The notes under the pieces: model-generated
The model's database searches: none
What the model was told of the DNA's origin: nothing
What the model saw: only the letters and a program-made list of their open reading frames with translations
In this document: piece by piece, positions 1 through 13,360 of the stretch
Numbering within the stretch: position 1 is the first letter of the stretch
How the letters are laid out: every line of letters begins with the position of its first letter
Assembly: GCF_009914755.1 (NCBI RefSeq)
Contig: NC_060931.1
Length of the DNA: 64,000 nucleotides
Source of the DNA: the human T2T-CHM13v2.0 reference genome, Homo sapiens
Direction: 5' to 3' (one strand)
Made by a program: the position numbers and the translations under genes

Positions 1-66
1 GAGGCCAGGAGTTGGAGACCAGCCTGAGCAACATAGCAAAACCCCATTTCTTTAAAAGAAAAAAAA
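1..66 (+). mobile_element. Alu/FLAM fragment cut by window edge
   Basis: GAGGCCAGGAGTTGGAGACCAGCCTG followed by an A-rich tail. Confidence 0.85.
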
Positions 67-548
67 CAGTTTTGATCAGCCAAATACAGGATCTAGTGAA
101 GATTAACTTGGACAGAACTTTACTATCTGTATTGTTACTATTAGTATGCTCTTCGTTACCTTGTATTTAAACATCAGTGTACCTTTTATTTATGATACTT
201 AACCAACTATCCATTATAGGCATTAGTTAAGCAATCTATGACTAGGAATTTTTTAAAATAGAAAACAGCTCAAAACCACGCCTATGGCTTGTCCAGTTCA
301 GCTGAGTCAAGCACTGAAATCATGAGCATTCTCCCCTGCCCTCTACTAATACCTGGCGTACTCACCAAACCCCACATTCACAGGCTCTCAACATATCTTG
401 TTTTAAAGAAAAAAAAAAATACTCATAAATATATAATATTGATTTTTATTTAAAAAAATAAGAAATAGTACGAGGTATATTTACAGAATGAAACTGCAGA
501 AAACCTTCTGTAATTTCTAGGAGATCTGAGAATCATTTGGTATAAATT

Positions 549-850
549 GGCTGGGCACGATGGCTCACGCCTGTAATCCCAGCACTTTGGGTGGCCAAGG
601 CAGGTGGATCACCTGAGGTCAGGAGTTCAAGGGCAGCTTGGCCAACATGGTGAAACCTCGTCTCTATTAAAAATACAAAAATTAGCCGGGCGTGGTGGTG
701 GGCACCTGTAATCCCAGCTACTTGGAAGGCTGAGGCAGGAGAATCACTTGAACCTGGGAGATGGAGGTGCAGCGAGCCAAGATCTCGCCATTGCACTCCA
801 GCCTGGGTGACAGAGCAGGACTCTGTCTCTAAAAATAAATAAATAAATAA
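549..850 (+). mobile_element. AluS
   Basis: Full dimer with (AAAT)n tail. Confidence 0.95.
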
Positions 851-2084
851 ATCTAGCATTATAAAACAACTTAAAATTTCTTCTTCCTCTGTGCTACGAA
901 TAGAATAAATGTTTTCCATAAAACTGATCATTTCAATATATTGAATCCTAACTTTTTCTACCGTTAGTGTGTCCTTATTTTTTCCGTTTTTGCCTGCTGA
1001 TCTTATTTTTAATCCCTAAAAGAAGACACATTCACATACATATTTTTTAATGTTTCGGTTGCTTTAGAATTCAGTCACTTCAGAACAATACAACCTTGTC
1101 TTTCTCGATGAGAATTTCCTTTCTTTAATGTAAAATGTGCAAACCAATAAATATTTAAGTCGTATCATGTTAGTGACTTAAGTTTTAAAGAAAAGTAGAT
1201 TTATCACAGGCTAAAATATTACCTAACGTCAAACTATCAAACAATCTTACTGCCTTTGATGTGTATAAATACACAACTTCTATTTCTGGTATACTAAATG
1301 ACAAATAAATGGACTGTAAATTAATGTACCAAGGTTCAGTTATATATTGACAAACGTTTCATAGATCAAAGATCAACATTGTGACCCACTGAATAAATGA
1401 TTTTATACATGAATAAATATGAGCTTAAGTGCCAAATAAATCTAAGATTGTAACAATTCAACCCCTAGCCTCTCTGGTGAGCTCTTGTCCTGCAGGCCTG
1501 TGGTATCCTAATGACTTAAGAAGCTCTCTAGTAGCACTAAATCTGACATTTAATTTTCCTTTCAAATAAAGTTTATTCCAACCAAGGGTGAGTAGTTTTC
1601 TATTCCCCCCAAAAACTTTTAGAAAAGATACTCTAATTAACAATGACTATTTCTATAAAACTGTTTCATGAGTATTGGAGTAGTATTACAGCCAGTTTAA
1701 TTTAAAGTATAATTACTTTAAAATCTGTACTTGGTAACTTTCTGTTTCCTCTCTGCCAAAGCTTTTCTTCATTTAAACAGAGGCCTGAACTATCAAACAT
1801 TATGAGACATTAGTTAGTAATTTAATCATCATATAAAAGGGTTTGAAGTTTAGTTATCTATTAAACAAATACCTATTTTTTTACAACCTATACTGTTCTA
1901 AAACAGATCCTATTTCAAAAAATAAAATAAAAGCTGAATATGTCAATACCAATGTAATTTTTCATGTCACTTTGCTGTTAGATATAAAAAGTAATCCTCC
2001 ACAAGTTCTCCTGATGTTTCATCATCAGCTTTAACATAGTTGGTGCATTTAAGCACCTAATAATAACTGCTATTTAAAATGTGT

Positions 2085-2270
2085 CTTGGGTACTTTACCA
2101 ACCTTTTAGGTGAGGCTACTAAATCCCTCAGCAACCCTGGTAGACAGGTACTGTTAGACTCATTTTATAAATGTGGACACAATGAAATATGCCCTAAGTC
2201 ACAGTCAGTAAGAAGAGTGAAGATTGAAGTCCAGGTATTCTGAATTCCAAAGTTCACATTTTTTGCCACT
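2085..2270 (-). mobile_element. MIR (degenerate)
   Basis: CTCATTTTATAAATG...TAAGTCACAG...GAAGTCCAGG resembles the MIR core. Confidence 0.55.
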
Positions 2271-2869
2271 GTTATGCAAATAAAGAGACAATCTAGCCTT
2301 TAAGTATAGAAATTTATCATTTTTCAATACTGAGAGGCAAAGATGAACATACTATATAGGGTTCAATTCAAAGTATACCATTACAGTGTATATGGAAACT
2401 GAGTGATGTTTTTAAAAAAAGCTGTTACTTAACAGTAACAGATACTATAAAGCCATAATTTAGTGCCCTCCTAGATCCAACTGTATTAAGAACAGTGACA
2501 AAATTAATGTCATTTCCTGAACTAAATGATTTTCAATTCAAAATTTTTATAACCTCTAATGATTTTTAAATGAAATAAATGTATTTACTCTTTTCCTCAA
2601 AATAATACTTTCCTATTTCTTTCTGAGTTCCCATACGCCCAGATTTGATGTTTCAAATGCTCACTTTACATGGTTATAACCACACCTTTACAGTAAAACA
2701 ATTCCAAAAGGAAGCTGAAGTATCACAGCATTATCAGAATAGAGTATTTTCAAAATAATCATTCTGATCCATAACCATTTCTAAGGTAAAAACTAGTGCT
2801 CTCAATTGGGGGATTGTAGAGGATTTCTATTAATAAATTGCTCTATGATTTTTTTTCTTGAAGGTGTTG

Positions 2870-3660
2870 GGAAAATCAAATTAACACGTAACAATAGTTA
2901 GTGAGATATGGCTTCATTTTCTGTAATAAACACTAAGATCAAAACATGACCCAAGTTAAATTTCCTTGCAGGGTTCCCAGCAGGGGCTTCCCTTTTGTCT
3001 GTGATTTCCTCTCACCCACCAGAACCAGGCCAAATATGCGCATGTGCCACTAACACTAAGCAGCACTTCCTTAATCACTCATTTCCAACAATTTATGGAT
3101 CATCAGTGGCAAAAAACGAGCAAAAATAATGAAAGAATGCAATGAAAGCTCGTGGAGACAGAGGCTGGACTTCCTACTCACTCTGTGTCTCTTTAAGATG
3201 GAGGCCTGATACAAATTAGCCACTGGGGGGAAAAAGTCATCTGGTCATAAAATACAGTACAAGGTCACTTTTATGTAAGTTTGCCAAAAGGGACATAAAC
3301 CAGGACAATTTCAAACTGTGACACAGGATAGAAACATATTAAAAAAATCTTTGTTCCTCCTCTATTGTGCTGTCATGTTGCTCAGCTTTATAGACATTCC
3401 AAGCACCAGCACAGAACTCTTCGCTTCCACCTGGTCAGTCCAATTAATTAAGAAAGGAAGTTACCTAAAATTTTGTACTTTTTGCTTTTATTATCAGGCA
3501 CTTTGTTTGAAGTTATAGGAGTTAACCTCTTAATCCTACAGACCGTGTGCTACGCTCTGGCCATTCAGGGATGTCTGGATGGTTTGGATAATTGGTCAGG
3601 ATGTTGCTTATGTTACCTTTTATGCTATGACTTCAAATCAAACATAGGCATTAAACTTAA
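2870..3660. promoter_or_regulatory. ZRS (ZPA regulatory sequence / MFCS1), long-range SHH limb enhancer in LMBR1 intron 5
   Basis: Recognised sequence (minus strand GTACTGTATTTTATGACCAGATGAC) about 4.5-5.3 kb downstream of exon 5. Five ETS cores at 2960-2966, 3004-3010, 3065-3071, 3169-3175 and 3455-3461; E-box CATCTG at 3238-3243; CATAAA(A) HOX sites near 3246, 3269 and 3294. Boundaries approximate. Confidence 0.97.
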
Positions 3661-4349
3661 GTACAATAGAAATTTACTCCCAGAAAAATCTTGGGTTTAT
3701 GAATTAATCTGTCATAAATTTTACATAACAATCATATGGAGATATTTTCTCCCACTTTCATTAAGTTGCTGAATTTTTTTTCCTCCTGACATTTTTATTC
3801 AAAATAAGATGTTAAGATATAATATAAAACAAATATATGCCTAACTACCATTTAAACACTGGCCAGAGGTTATACCTCCAGAGTTCCTTACAAAATCAGA
3901 AAACATCTCTGATATTAATCCAGATAACCTGGAGGTCTTTTCTGGAGTGGAGGAGGGAGATAAATCATACAGCCAATCTGAGGTATGATAAGTACAGCAG
4001 TGATGGCTGCCTTAAGATGTTCCCTGAGCCCTAAGAGCCACATACTGCAGAAAAAGCAGGCTTACTGCAAAACAAAACAAAAATCACCAAATGGAACCTT
4101 TTTATCAGTTGAAAAATTAAGATGTAAACGGAGTCACTTTCAAATACCTATGAACATACCTAAAGCTCAATACACATAGGTGACAGCAAAATAATCTAAA
4201 TTTGGTAAACATTTAACTGCTAATAATAAGTCTAAATTCCAAGATAAAAGTTAGCTGCTTACTAAAAAAAAAGTTTTACTTTATCAAAACCATTTCTATG
4301 CTCTTACACTTCAGAATTATAAAGTAAGGGAATAGCAAGGAGATGGTCC

Positions 4350-4950
4350 TAATAAAATAGAAACACACACCGCTGCCACGGTAAGAAGAGAGAAGCAAAG
4401 CTATTGAAGGCCCTTAAAAGGACATAGTCAACCCCCCAGGCCTAATATGTCCTGTTTGAATTAACATAGTGGTTTAATTAAAAACTAAGTAGAGAATTCT
4501 GCTTAATTTGATTTTCAATTCAAGCTCTGCATCCGCCCATGGCCAGTGGCCAATTTCCGCATCTCGGCACAATATGCAAGAAGCTGTTTGAACATCGATT
4601 GCCCAGGGGAATCCATGGGAGTAGAGTGGGGCCATATGCCATTTAGGGATACACCAGACTTAGACACAGTAAAACAGCACCAGGAGGGTGGCCACAGGAA
4701 AAAAAAAAAAAAAGGAAATTTTACTTAACCATATTACAAGTTTGTCATTGCTCAAATTAGTGCGCTGAATCTACCCATTAGAAATGTTTCTAGCCTCTCT
4801 TCAGTATCACTTCAGCAACTATATGTGTCAAATGTAATCGATGAGCAAGCAGCTTTAAAGGAATATACATAAATATATGTACTTATTCGCCAAATATGTT
4901 AAACATTCTAATGACTGTGATCAATCATAACATTAATTTCAATAAAGCAA
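4350..4950. promoter_or_regulatory. Probable pre-ZRS (pZRS) non-coding element
   Basis: Repeat-free block with a locally GC/CpG-richer core (4530-4690) about 0.9 kb from the ZRS toward exon 5, matching the remembered location of the pZRS. Boundaries not determinable from sequence alone. Confidence 0.6.
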
Positions 4951-6719
4951 CGAAGTTAATTCTAATAAGCACTGTGTAAAGAACCATGTATCTTTAAAAA
5001 TGTTATTTAGAACTTACACAGGTAGTTAACAAATGATTCTAGACTACAGAAATATACAACATGAAAGGGCTCAAATGTATGCTTAACACATTTAGACTTA
5101 ACGACACAATATTAGTAACCTTTCCAACTTTCATGTGACTGATTTTAAAACCGAAAAATATGAATATTTTAAAATAACATGCCTTGATTAGCTTAATTTT
5201 AAAACTTTCTAAACATTTCTACTAGGATCTAGAACACACCTTATCTTCAAACAAGTTTGTTTCAAAGTATGCTAGCTGTAATGCTCAAGCTGAGTTATTC
5301 TACTTCAGTACATGCCATTGCAAAATGGGAAACATATTTTAAAACCGCCTGAGATAATAATCTGTGAGGAATTAAAAGATGACTGTACTGTATTCAGTTG
5401 CTTGCTTTCTGAGGCTCATATTTTATAGAATATTTAGTGATAATAAGTATTCTAGAAAACTTATTAGTGATTAGTGATATTTTATAGAATACTTATTAGT
5501 CAAATGCATTTAAAGACTACCTCGAAGATAAAGGTAATTTAATAATAGCTAATTTACTAAATGAAGTCCTGGGCTATGTGCATTACATGAATAATCACAT
5601 CTCATTTAATCACCAAAATGATACAATAAAGTAAAGATCATTATTACACCCATTTTATAGAAAGCAACCCCGCGGTTTAGATGAAGTCACCTCCCAGGCA
5701 GTCTGACTGATGCCAAATTTTCTCACGGTTGCAGCTTCACCATCTTCCGCTGGCCTCTTTCCCTACCTTCAAGCTAGAATCCCATCTCCCTCCTTCCTTT
5801 AACGGCATTAACAACCAAATTCTTTAATTTGGTTTTCTGCAGCACCTATTACAACTTCCCAAGTTGGACAAATGGCAGTCGTCCGGGGCTCCACCTTCTG
5901 CTGTGTTTGGGAATTAATTGGATTCATAGTTGCCTGTATCCTACAGTCATTCAATATTTCAGTCCCATTTGAGGTCAAGAAACACAGCTGGTGACCCTCG
6001 AGTGATTTTTAGGCAACTAACATGGTCAAAGATGTGCTAAGAAAAGAATATTAATCATGTATAAAAAGACTAAAAATTTTTTTAAAATAGAGGAAGTAAG
6101 TGCTGTACAATCGTATGTGTGAAATATCTCTAATTAACTTCTATGATCCCTCCTCAGCCGATTCTCCCTTTGACCTTAAGTCTGTAAGGGGGAACAGGAG
6201 AAAAATGACATGTCACTGGGATTTTTTGTCATTTTTTTCTTTTTTAATTCTGGAGATTGTTGCTAATTCTTCAAACAGATTTAGCCAAGTCCCTTTCCTA
6301 GTTGGTTAATTCACAAGAAGGGAAGAAAATAACTTGGAGGCAAAGAGTTTGTCCATATTACACCCTGTTATTGTAAATAACAATCTATTCAACTAGATTG
6401 TTATAAAAAGTATAAATTAGGTAGATACTGTTTATAATGTCAAATATGAAAATATAGTTCACACCAAGCTTTATCATTTGTTTTTTGTATGTGGTACTAT
6501 TACACAAGAGGTAGTGTCAGGAAGAGGGAAGAACTTTGCTTATTGAAAGCAAACGTCGGCAGGCAATGTCACAGAGTCAGGTGCAGGACTGATTCGGTGC
6601 CGTGTCTACAGATCAGTGTTCTGCACTGTGTGGGGCATGTACTCCTTTGTACTCCTTTCCTTTGTGACCTGCACAAAGTCTAAAATGCATATTTATCTCT
6701 AAATATACTCAAGTGGTAG

Positions 6720-7265
6720 ATGAAAAAAAATTATTTTCAAAAATCCTATTCTGGCTTCTCTGTTGCCTACAACATAAAACTCAAATGACCAGATGGAGGA
6801 CTCCAGGCCTCCAGAATTCGACCCTGGCAAGCGGCTTGTGCACCCTCATCTCTCACCATTCTCCAGTATCTAAGTACCGGCCATTCCCTCAATACTGTCA
6901 GAGCTCTAGGCCTTTGCTCAAGCCTGGAATGCCACACTCTAGCAAACCCCTGCTCATCCTTCAAGTCCCAGCCCAAGTCCAGATTGACTTCCCCTGTGAA
7001 GCCTGCTCAGATTCCCCAGGAAAATCAAGATATCCTTTCCTTTCAGGGTTTCCCATAGGACTTCATTATATAAAAGGGCTTCAAACTGCATCTTATTTGT
7101 TTACATCTGTCATTTCTCCCACTGTCCGACCCTTGAAGGCCAGAGGCCCATCTTTTCATCTGTGTCCCCAGCAAGCTCCTATAAAGAGCATAATAACTGC
7201 TACTTAAGGAATTGGTTAATAAAACTGAATTCTCAATAAAATTCATTCTCTGTTGAATGAATGAA
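6720..7265 (+). mobile_element. L2 3' fragment (degenerate)
   Basis: CCTGGAATGCC...TCATCCTTCAAGTCCCAG...CTCAATAAA...TGTTGAATGAATGAAT, a typical L2 end. Confidence 0.6.
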
Positions 7266-7351
7266 TATCCATCAAAAGTTATGTTTCCAAAATTCTACAG
7301 AAATTGCCTTCTCAAGAGTCTACAATGACCTCCTTTCTTCTTGTTGTTTAT

Positions 7352-7634
7352 TCTTGGTTTTTGTTTGTTTCTGAGACAGGCTGGAGTGCAGTGACGCAAT
7401 CACAGCTCACACCACAGCTTCAACCTGCAGGCTCAAGCAATCCTCCCACCTTAGTCTCCAGAGGGGCTGGGACCACAGGTACCCATCGCCACACCCAGTT
7501 AATTTTTTTATTTTTAGTACAGACAGGGTCTCACTGTGTTGCCCAAACTGGTCTCGAAAAACTGGCCTCAAGCAACCCTCCTGCCGCAGCCTCCCAAAGT
7601 GGTGGATTACAGGTGTGAGCCACTGCACCCGGCC
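7352..7634 (-). mobile_element. AluJ
   Basis: Reverse Alu dimer with an internal deletion. Confidence 0.9.
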
Positions 7635-8171
7635 ATTGACTAAATTTTAATTGCCTGTCTTAAGAATACATCATGATTTTTTAAATTCCAATGCATAAAA
7701 GCCAGTTTTCTTAATGTCAGGTTTGACTGCCAGAGTCATTCATTCTGATCCTGGTATATTTACTAAATGTGAAATCAGCTGTCAGTTTTCAGCTGCAGAC
7801 TGTTAACGTATGGAATAACAGCTAGATAACAGAAAGGGGAGCCCATGGAAATAACACTTTACTGTCACCTTAAACTAAATAAGATACCCTAAGGAAAGAA
7901 TAAAAGCTATTATATCAGGTTTATCCATTACACTAGATGTATGCATACTGTAAAAGTACTCACAGGTCTAAAAGATGTCTCTCTCTCATGGACATGCAAA
8001 GTAATTCAATATGCAGAATTACTGTTATTGTTAACAATGTGTTATCAATATTATTTACTACGCATTTTTTATATTCCATTTAAATAATTTAAGTCTGCTT
8101 TTTCTAGTTCAATGTGAATGATATTTAATTCCTCACTTAACCAATTTAATTCCAATACTAGATTCACTTAC

Positions 8172-8275
8172 CTTTTTCAGGCCAGCAAAGCCTTCTGATT
8201 CCAGAAAGAAAAAGGCAAAGGGCATCAATACAAATAAACAAAGGTTGGAAAAAAGGGAAGCAAGATTCCACAAAC
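8172..8275 (-). CDS. LMBR1: LMBR1 coding exon 5 (104 nt)
   Basis: TTTTATAG/GTTTGTGG...CTGAAAAAG/GTAAGT; encodes (G)LWNLASLFSNLCLFVLMPFAFFFLESEGFAGLKK and ends in phase 0. Confidence 0.97.
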
Positions 8276-8594
8276 CTATAAAAAGGGTAACAAGAAAAGA
8301 AGAAAAACAGGTTAGATATTGAAATTGTGGTATTAATCAAGATCTATACTTTTAAATAGTAAAAATAAACAAAAAGTAACAAATGACCTAAACTTAGAAA
8401 TCATAAAATAATTATAGTATGTATTTATTTAAATTTTTTTAACATTGTAACTTGTACCTATTGGGAAAAGTCAGTATAGAAACTAATGTTTTTTTCCATG
8501 CCCTAAAGTAAATTCACTAAAAATATGACGTGTGCAGAGATCCAAAGGCACAGCCTCTTTAGACATATAGGCACCGGAATATTTAAATTAGAGC

Positions 8595-8895
8595 CACTAG
8601 CATTTATTGAGCCCCTAATAAATGCCAGATACTCTACTGAACATTTTACATGCATAATCCCATTTAATTTAAGCCTCATAAAAACCCTAAAAATAATAAT
8701 TAGCATTTATTGAGCCCTTATGTGCCAAGCACTATTCTAAGTGATTTACAGACATTATCCGAACTCATTTACTTGCCACAGCAATCCCATGAGGCAGGTA
8801 GCATTACTGCCCCAAGATGACAGAAGAGGAGCAGGCTATGCAACTTGCCACAGCTGTAGAGCATCCAAGTGGCAGAGCTGACTTAATTCCAGGAT
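8595..8895 (-). mobile_element. Tandem MIR fragments
   Basis: TAGCATTTATTGAGCCC occurs at 8598 and 8701, each followed by MIR-like sequence. Confidence 0.55.
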
Positions 8896-10695
8896 TTTAA
8901 AAAATCACTACATCACAGAAATTTTGGTAAACAATTCCAAGTGGGAAAGAAAAAGTCACAGAGACTGGCAATCTTAAGTGACCTTTTCCTCCCTGGCACA
9001 AAATGGCAAGTAAAATAAGAACAGATTTAGCAAAAGACAGAGCCCTGTTAGGTATGTCATTGGGAGGGTATTTGGCCCAACATGTCAGATCATATTTTTT
9101 ACAGGTAAAAAAATAAAATTTAAAACTGAGTTTCAAAATGATGGTGATAATCATTACAAAAGTTTATAAAATCAAGAGTCAAAGATAAAATTTACGTCAA
9201 GGATAAATTCAATGAACTGTTTGCCATTATAATTCAATGTTTTTGAAAGTAGGCAACTAATGCTTTCTCAACACCTTCATTTCCAAGCAGTGGAGATGTG
9301 GTGATGAAGAAACACAACCCCTCTGCTCTCAGAGCTGCTCACGCTGCAGAGCTGCATGCAGAGACTACCTCTGAGCTGGCAGTGGGCACAGGGAGCAGAG
9401 CCGTCCCTAACTACTGCAGTTTTGAATAAACATAAAGGTTTGTAACTGTCCTAATGTCCTTTGGAATAGCATGGAGTATAAACAAACACAATTAATTTAG
9501 CAATTAATACGGGTCAGCTGGGGAGATTCACTTCCTTTAGTAGACAAGGTAATATAATAAAATCAACTCACAGTTTCTTATTCAAAAATCTACATGGATT
9601 TAACAAATTTACAATGTACATTTATCTTTGTAGAAAGTAAAATCTTTTATAAAACAATATCTTAACATCTTTTAGTGGAAAAACTGCAATTTGAACTATT
9701 TAAAATTTTTAAAAATTTTAAATTTTAAAAAATGTAAATAATTTTATATTTTCCAGCCTTTAAAAAAAAGCCAAACATTCTGTTTTCTTTATTCAAAAAG
9801 AGTATAATTAGAGTCAATTGTTTTATTGTGCTAATTACTGGAAGAGCATACAGAACGATGGCTGCATGCACACAATTGAGTTCTAGGCAGACCTGGGTGC
9901 ACGTCCTGCTGCACTTCTATGTGACAACATTGCTAAATCACAGGTTCTTCATCTATCAAATATGGCTAATGACGGGTCTGTAGACATTGGTAAGCATTAA
10001 ATAATGCACGTACAACAACTGACACAATGCCTGTCATAAAATAAGCATTTAATTAATTTTTGCTTTTAAGTTACAGCACCAGAGGCTACTAGTAACAGTG
10101 CTATCAGCTCCCACACCAAACTACCATCCTTCCTGAGACTCCAGGCTCGCTTGCTAGTTTTCCCTTTCATCTTCTTTCTACCAAGTGTATTGGCTCCTGG
10201 TTTTTGTTACTAGAAATGAGCATGTGTCCAGGAACAATCTCTTCCCTCCCCCAACAGCCTATGGGTAAAGGTATCATATACGCAACTTTTAAAAGTTGTA
10301 TCTAAAGAATAAATTGACCTGGATCAAAGCTGTACCTTCCAGGTCCAATTCATAACCTAAAGTGCATGGTCTTTGGCCTCTCTTTTGCCTGCTCAACAGC
10401 ATTTTCTCTTCTTTATGGTTTCCAAGTAAGTTACTTTCAGATATGTGGGGTATAACAATAATTAGTATTATGTAAATTACATTATTATTATTCTTTAGTA
10501 GGCTAGAGAACCATGGTTGTTAATCTATTGCTTTATTTAGGCGTGGTGAAAAATACATGACCGTTTCAAATCATTTGTGTTATGAAAGATAAAGGTCAGT
10601 GTGTCACGAATTATATTCATTTTACACAAGATAGTTTTATTCCAATTAAATATCTCACAGTCTTTTTAAAAAAACATTTTTAAAAGTTATCTACT

Positions 10696-11003
<308 letters not shown>

Positions 11004-11013
11004 TTATCTACTA

Positions 11014-13304
11014 CAAGTATACCTAAAGCCGATTGCATGTTGCTGTACTGTGCTTTGCAGATACCGTGTGACGGTTTGTGACAACTCTGTGGTGAACAAG
11101 TCTATCTGTGCCATTTTCCCAATACCACGTGCTCACTTCATTTCTCCATGTCATATTTTGGTAATTTTTGCAATACTTCAAACATTTTCACTATTATTAC
11201 ATCTGTTATGATCTATGACCAGTGATCTTTGATGTTACTATGTTAATTGTTTGGGGGCGCTGCAAATTGTGCCCATAAAAGATGCCAAACTTAATCAATA
11301 AATATTGTGTGTGTTGACTGCACCTCTGCTTGGCTGTTCCTTCATCTCTCTCCTTCTCCTAGGGCCTCCCCATTCCCTGAGACACAACGATATTGAAAGT
11401 AGGCCATGTAATAATCCTACAATGTCCTCTAAGTGTTCAAATGAAAGGAAGACTCACACATCTCTCACTTTCAATCAAAAGCTAGAAGCTTAGTGAGGAA
11501 GGCATGTCAAAAAATGAGATAGGCTGAAAGCTAGGCCTCTTATGCCAGTTAGCCAAGTTGTGAATGCAAAGGAAAAGTTCCTAAAGGAAATTAAACTGCT
11601 ACTCCAGTGAACACACAAATGACAAGAAAGCAAAACAGCCTTACTGCTGATATGGAGAAAGGTTTTGTGCTCTGGACAGATCACACCAGCCACAACATTC
11701 CCTAAAGCCACAGCCTGAGCAAGGCTGTAACTCTTCACATCTATGAAGGCTGAGGGAGGTGAGGAAGCTCCAAAAGAAAAGTCTGAAGCTACCGGAGGTT
11801 GGTTCATGAGGTTTAAGGAAAGAAGCCACCTCCATAACATAAAAGTGCAAGGTGAAGCAGCAAGTGCTGATGGAGAAGCTGTAGCAAGTTCTCCAGAAGA
11901 TCTGGCTAAGACCATCAATGAAAGTGGCTGCACAAAACAACAGATTTTCAAGGTAGACAAAAACAGCCTTACACTGGAAGAAGACGCCATCTAGGACTTG
12001 CATAGCCAGAGACAAGTTCAATGTCTGGCTTCAAAGCTTCAATCAACAGGCTGACTCACTTGTTAGGGGCAAATACAGAAAGTGACTTTAAGTTGAAGCC
12101 AGTGCTCATTCACCATTCCAGAAATCCTAAAACCCTTAAGAATTATCCTAAGCCCATTCTGCCTGTGGTCTATAAACAAGAACAACAAACCTGCCCGGAT
12201 GGCAGCACATCTGTTTACAGCATGGTTTACTAAATAGTTTAAGCCTACTGTTAAGACTTGCTACTCAAAAAAAAAAAAAAAAAAAAAAGATTTTCAAAAT
12301 ACTACTGCTCATTGACAATGCACCTGCTGATGGAGATGAAAGAGCCCTGGTGGAGATGTTTAAGAAGATCAATATTTTCATGCCTTAACACAACATCCAT
12401 TCTGTAGCCCATGGATCAAGGAGTAATTCTGACTTTCAAGTCATATTATTTAAGATACATTCTGTAAGGCTATACCTGCTACAGATTCCTCTGATGGATT
12501 GTGCAAAGTAAACTGAAAACCTTCTGGAAAGGATGCACCATTCCAGATGCCATTAAGAATATCTGTGATTCATGGGAGGTCAAAATATCAACCTCACCTG
12601 GAGTTTGGAAGTGATGGGTTTGAGATGTCAGTGGAGAAAGTCTCTGCAGATGTGGTAAAAATAGCAAGAGGACTGGAATTAGAGGTGGATCCTGAAGATG
12701 TGACTGAATTGCTGCAATCTCATGATAAAACTTGAAATGAACGAGGAGCTGCTTCTTAGGGATGAACAAAGAAAGTGGTTTCTTGAGATGGAATCTACCC
12801 TGGTGAAGATGCTGTGAACATTGTGGAAATGACAATAAAGGACTTAGAATATCATAAACTTAGTTGATAAAACAGAGGCAGGGTTTGAGAGGATGGACTT
12901 CAATTTTGAAAGAACTTCTACTGTGAGTAAAATGCTGTCAAACAGCATCACATGCTACACAGAAATCTTTTGTGAAAGGAAGAGTCAATCAATATGGCAA
13001 ACTACACTGTTGTCTTATTTTAAGAAATTGCCACGGTCACGCAACCTTTAGCAAAATCAAGGCAAGACCTCCACCAGCAAAAAGATTACAGCTCACTAAA
13101 GGCTCAGATAATTGTTACCATTTTTTAGCAATAAAGGCATGTACACACATTGCTATTGCACACTTAATAAATGGCATTATAGTGTTAAGTATAATTTTTA
13201 TATGCTCTGAGAAATCAAAAAATTTGTGTGATTCACTTTATTGCCACATTCGCTTCATCACAGTACACTGGAACCAACCCTGCAGTATCTCCAAGGTATG
13301 CCTG
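11014..13304 (+). mobile_element. Tigger1 (TcMar) DNA transposon, near full length, transposase decayed
   Basis: TIRs CAAGTATACCT... and ...AGGTATGCCTG, with TA at the 5' end. ORF fragments [25 protein letters not shown] and [18 protein letters not shown] are pogo/Tigger transposase. Confidence 0.93.
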
Positions 13305-13360
13305 TCACTGTTAGGTATGTAACATAGTAGGCATTGTTCTGGATACGTTAAGATGCTATC

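Noticed and set aside
533-931. 132-aa ORF and the many similar Alu ORFs (e.g. 13381, 17036, 18385, 22326, 37785)
   Set aside because: Translations of Alu sequence ([20 protein letters not shown]), not genes.
2976-2990. CCAGCAGGGGCTT CTCF-like motif in the ZRS
   Set aside because: One G short of the core and poor 3' match; not supportable from sequence alone.
3318-3772. Short ORFs overlapping the ZRS
   Set aside because: Non-ATG starts, no splice or homology support; the region is explained as an enhancer.
6713-7207. 164-aa ORF
   Set aside because: Lies in a degenerate L2; no recognisable domain.
8600-8625. 9-bp hairpin GCATTTATT/AATAAATGC
   Set aside because: Short, AT-rich and within MIR remnants; expected by chance.
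11490-12835. ORFs as a domesticated TIGD-like transposase
   Set aside because: The frame is fragmented by stops and frameshifts; ordinary decayed Tigger1.
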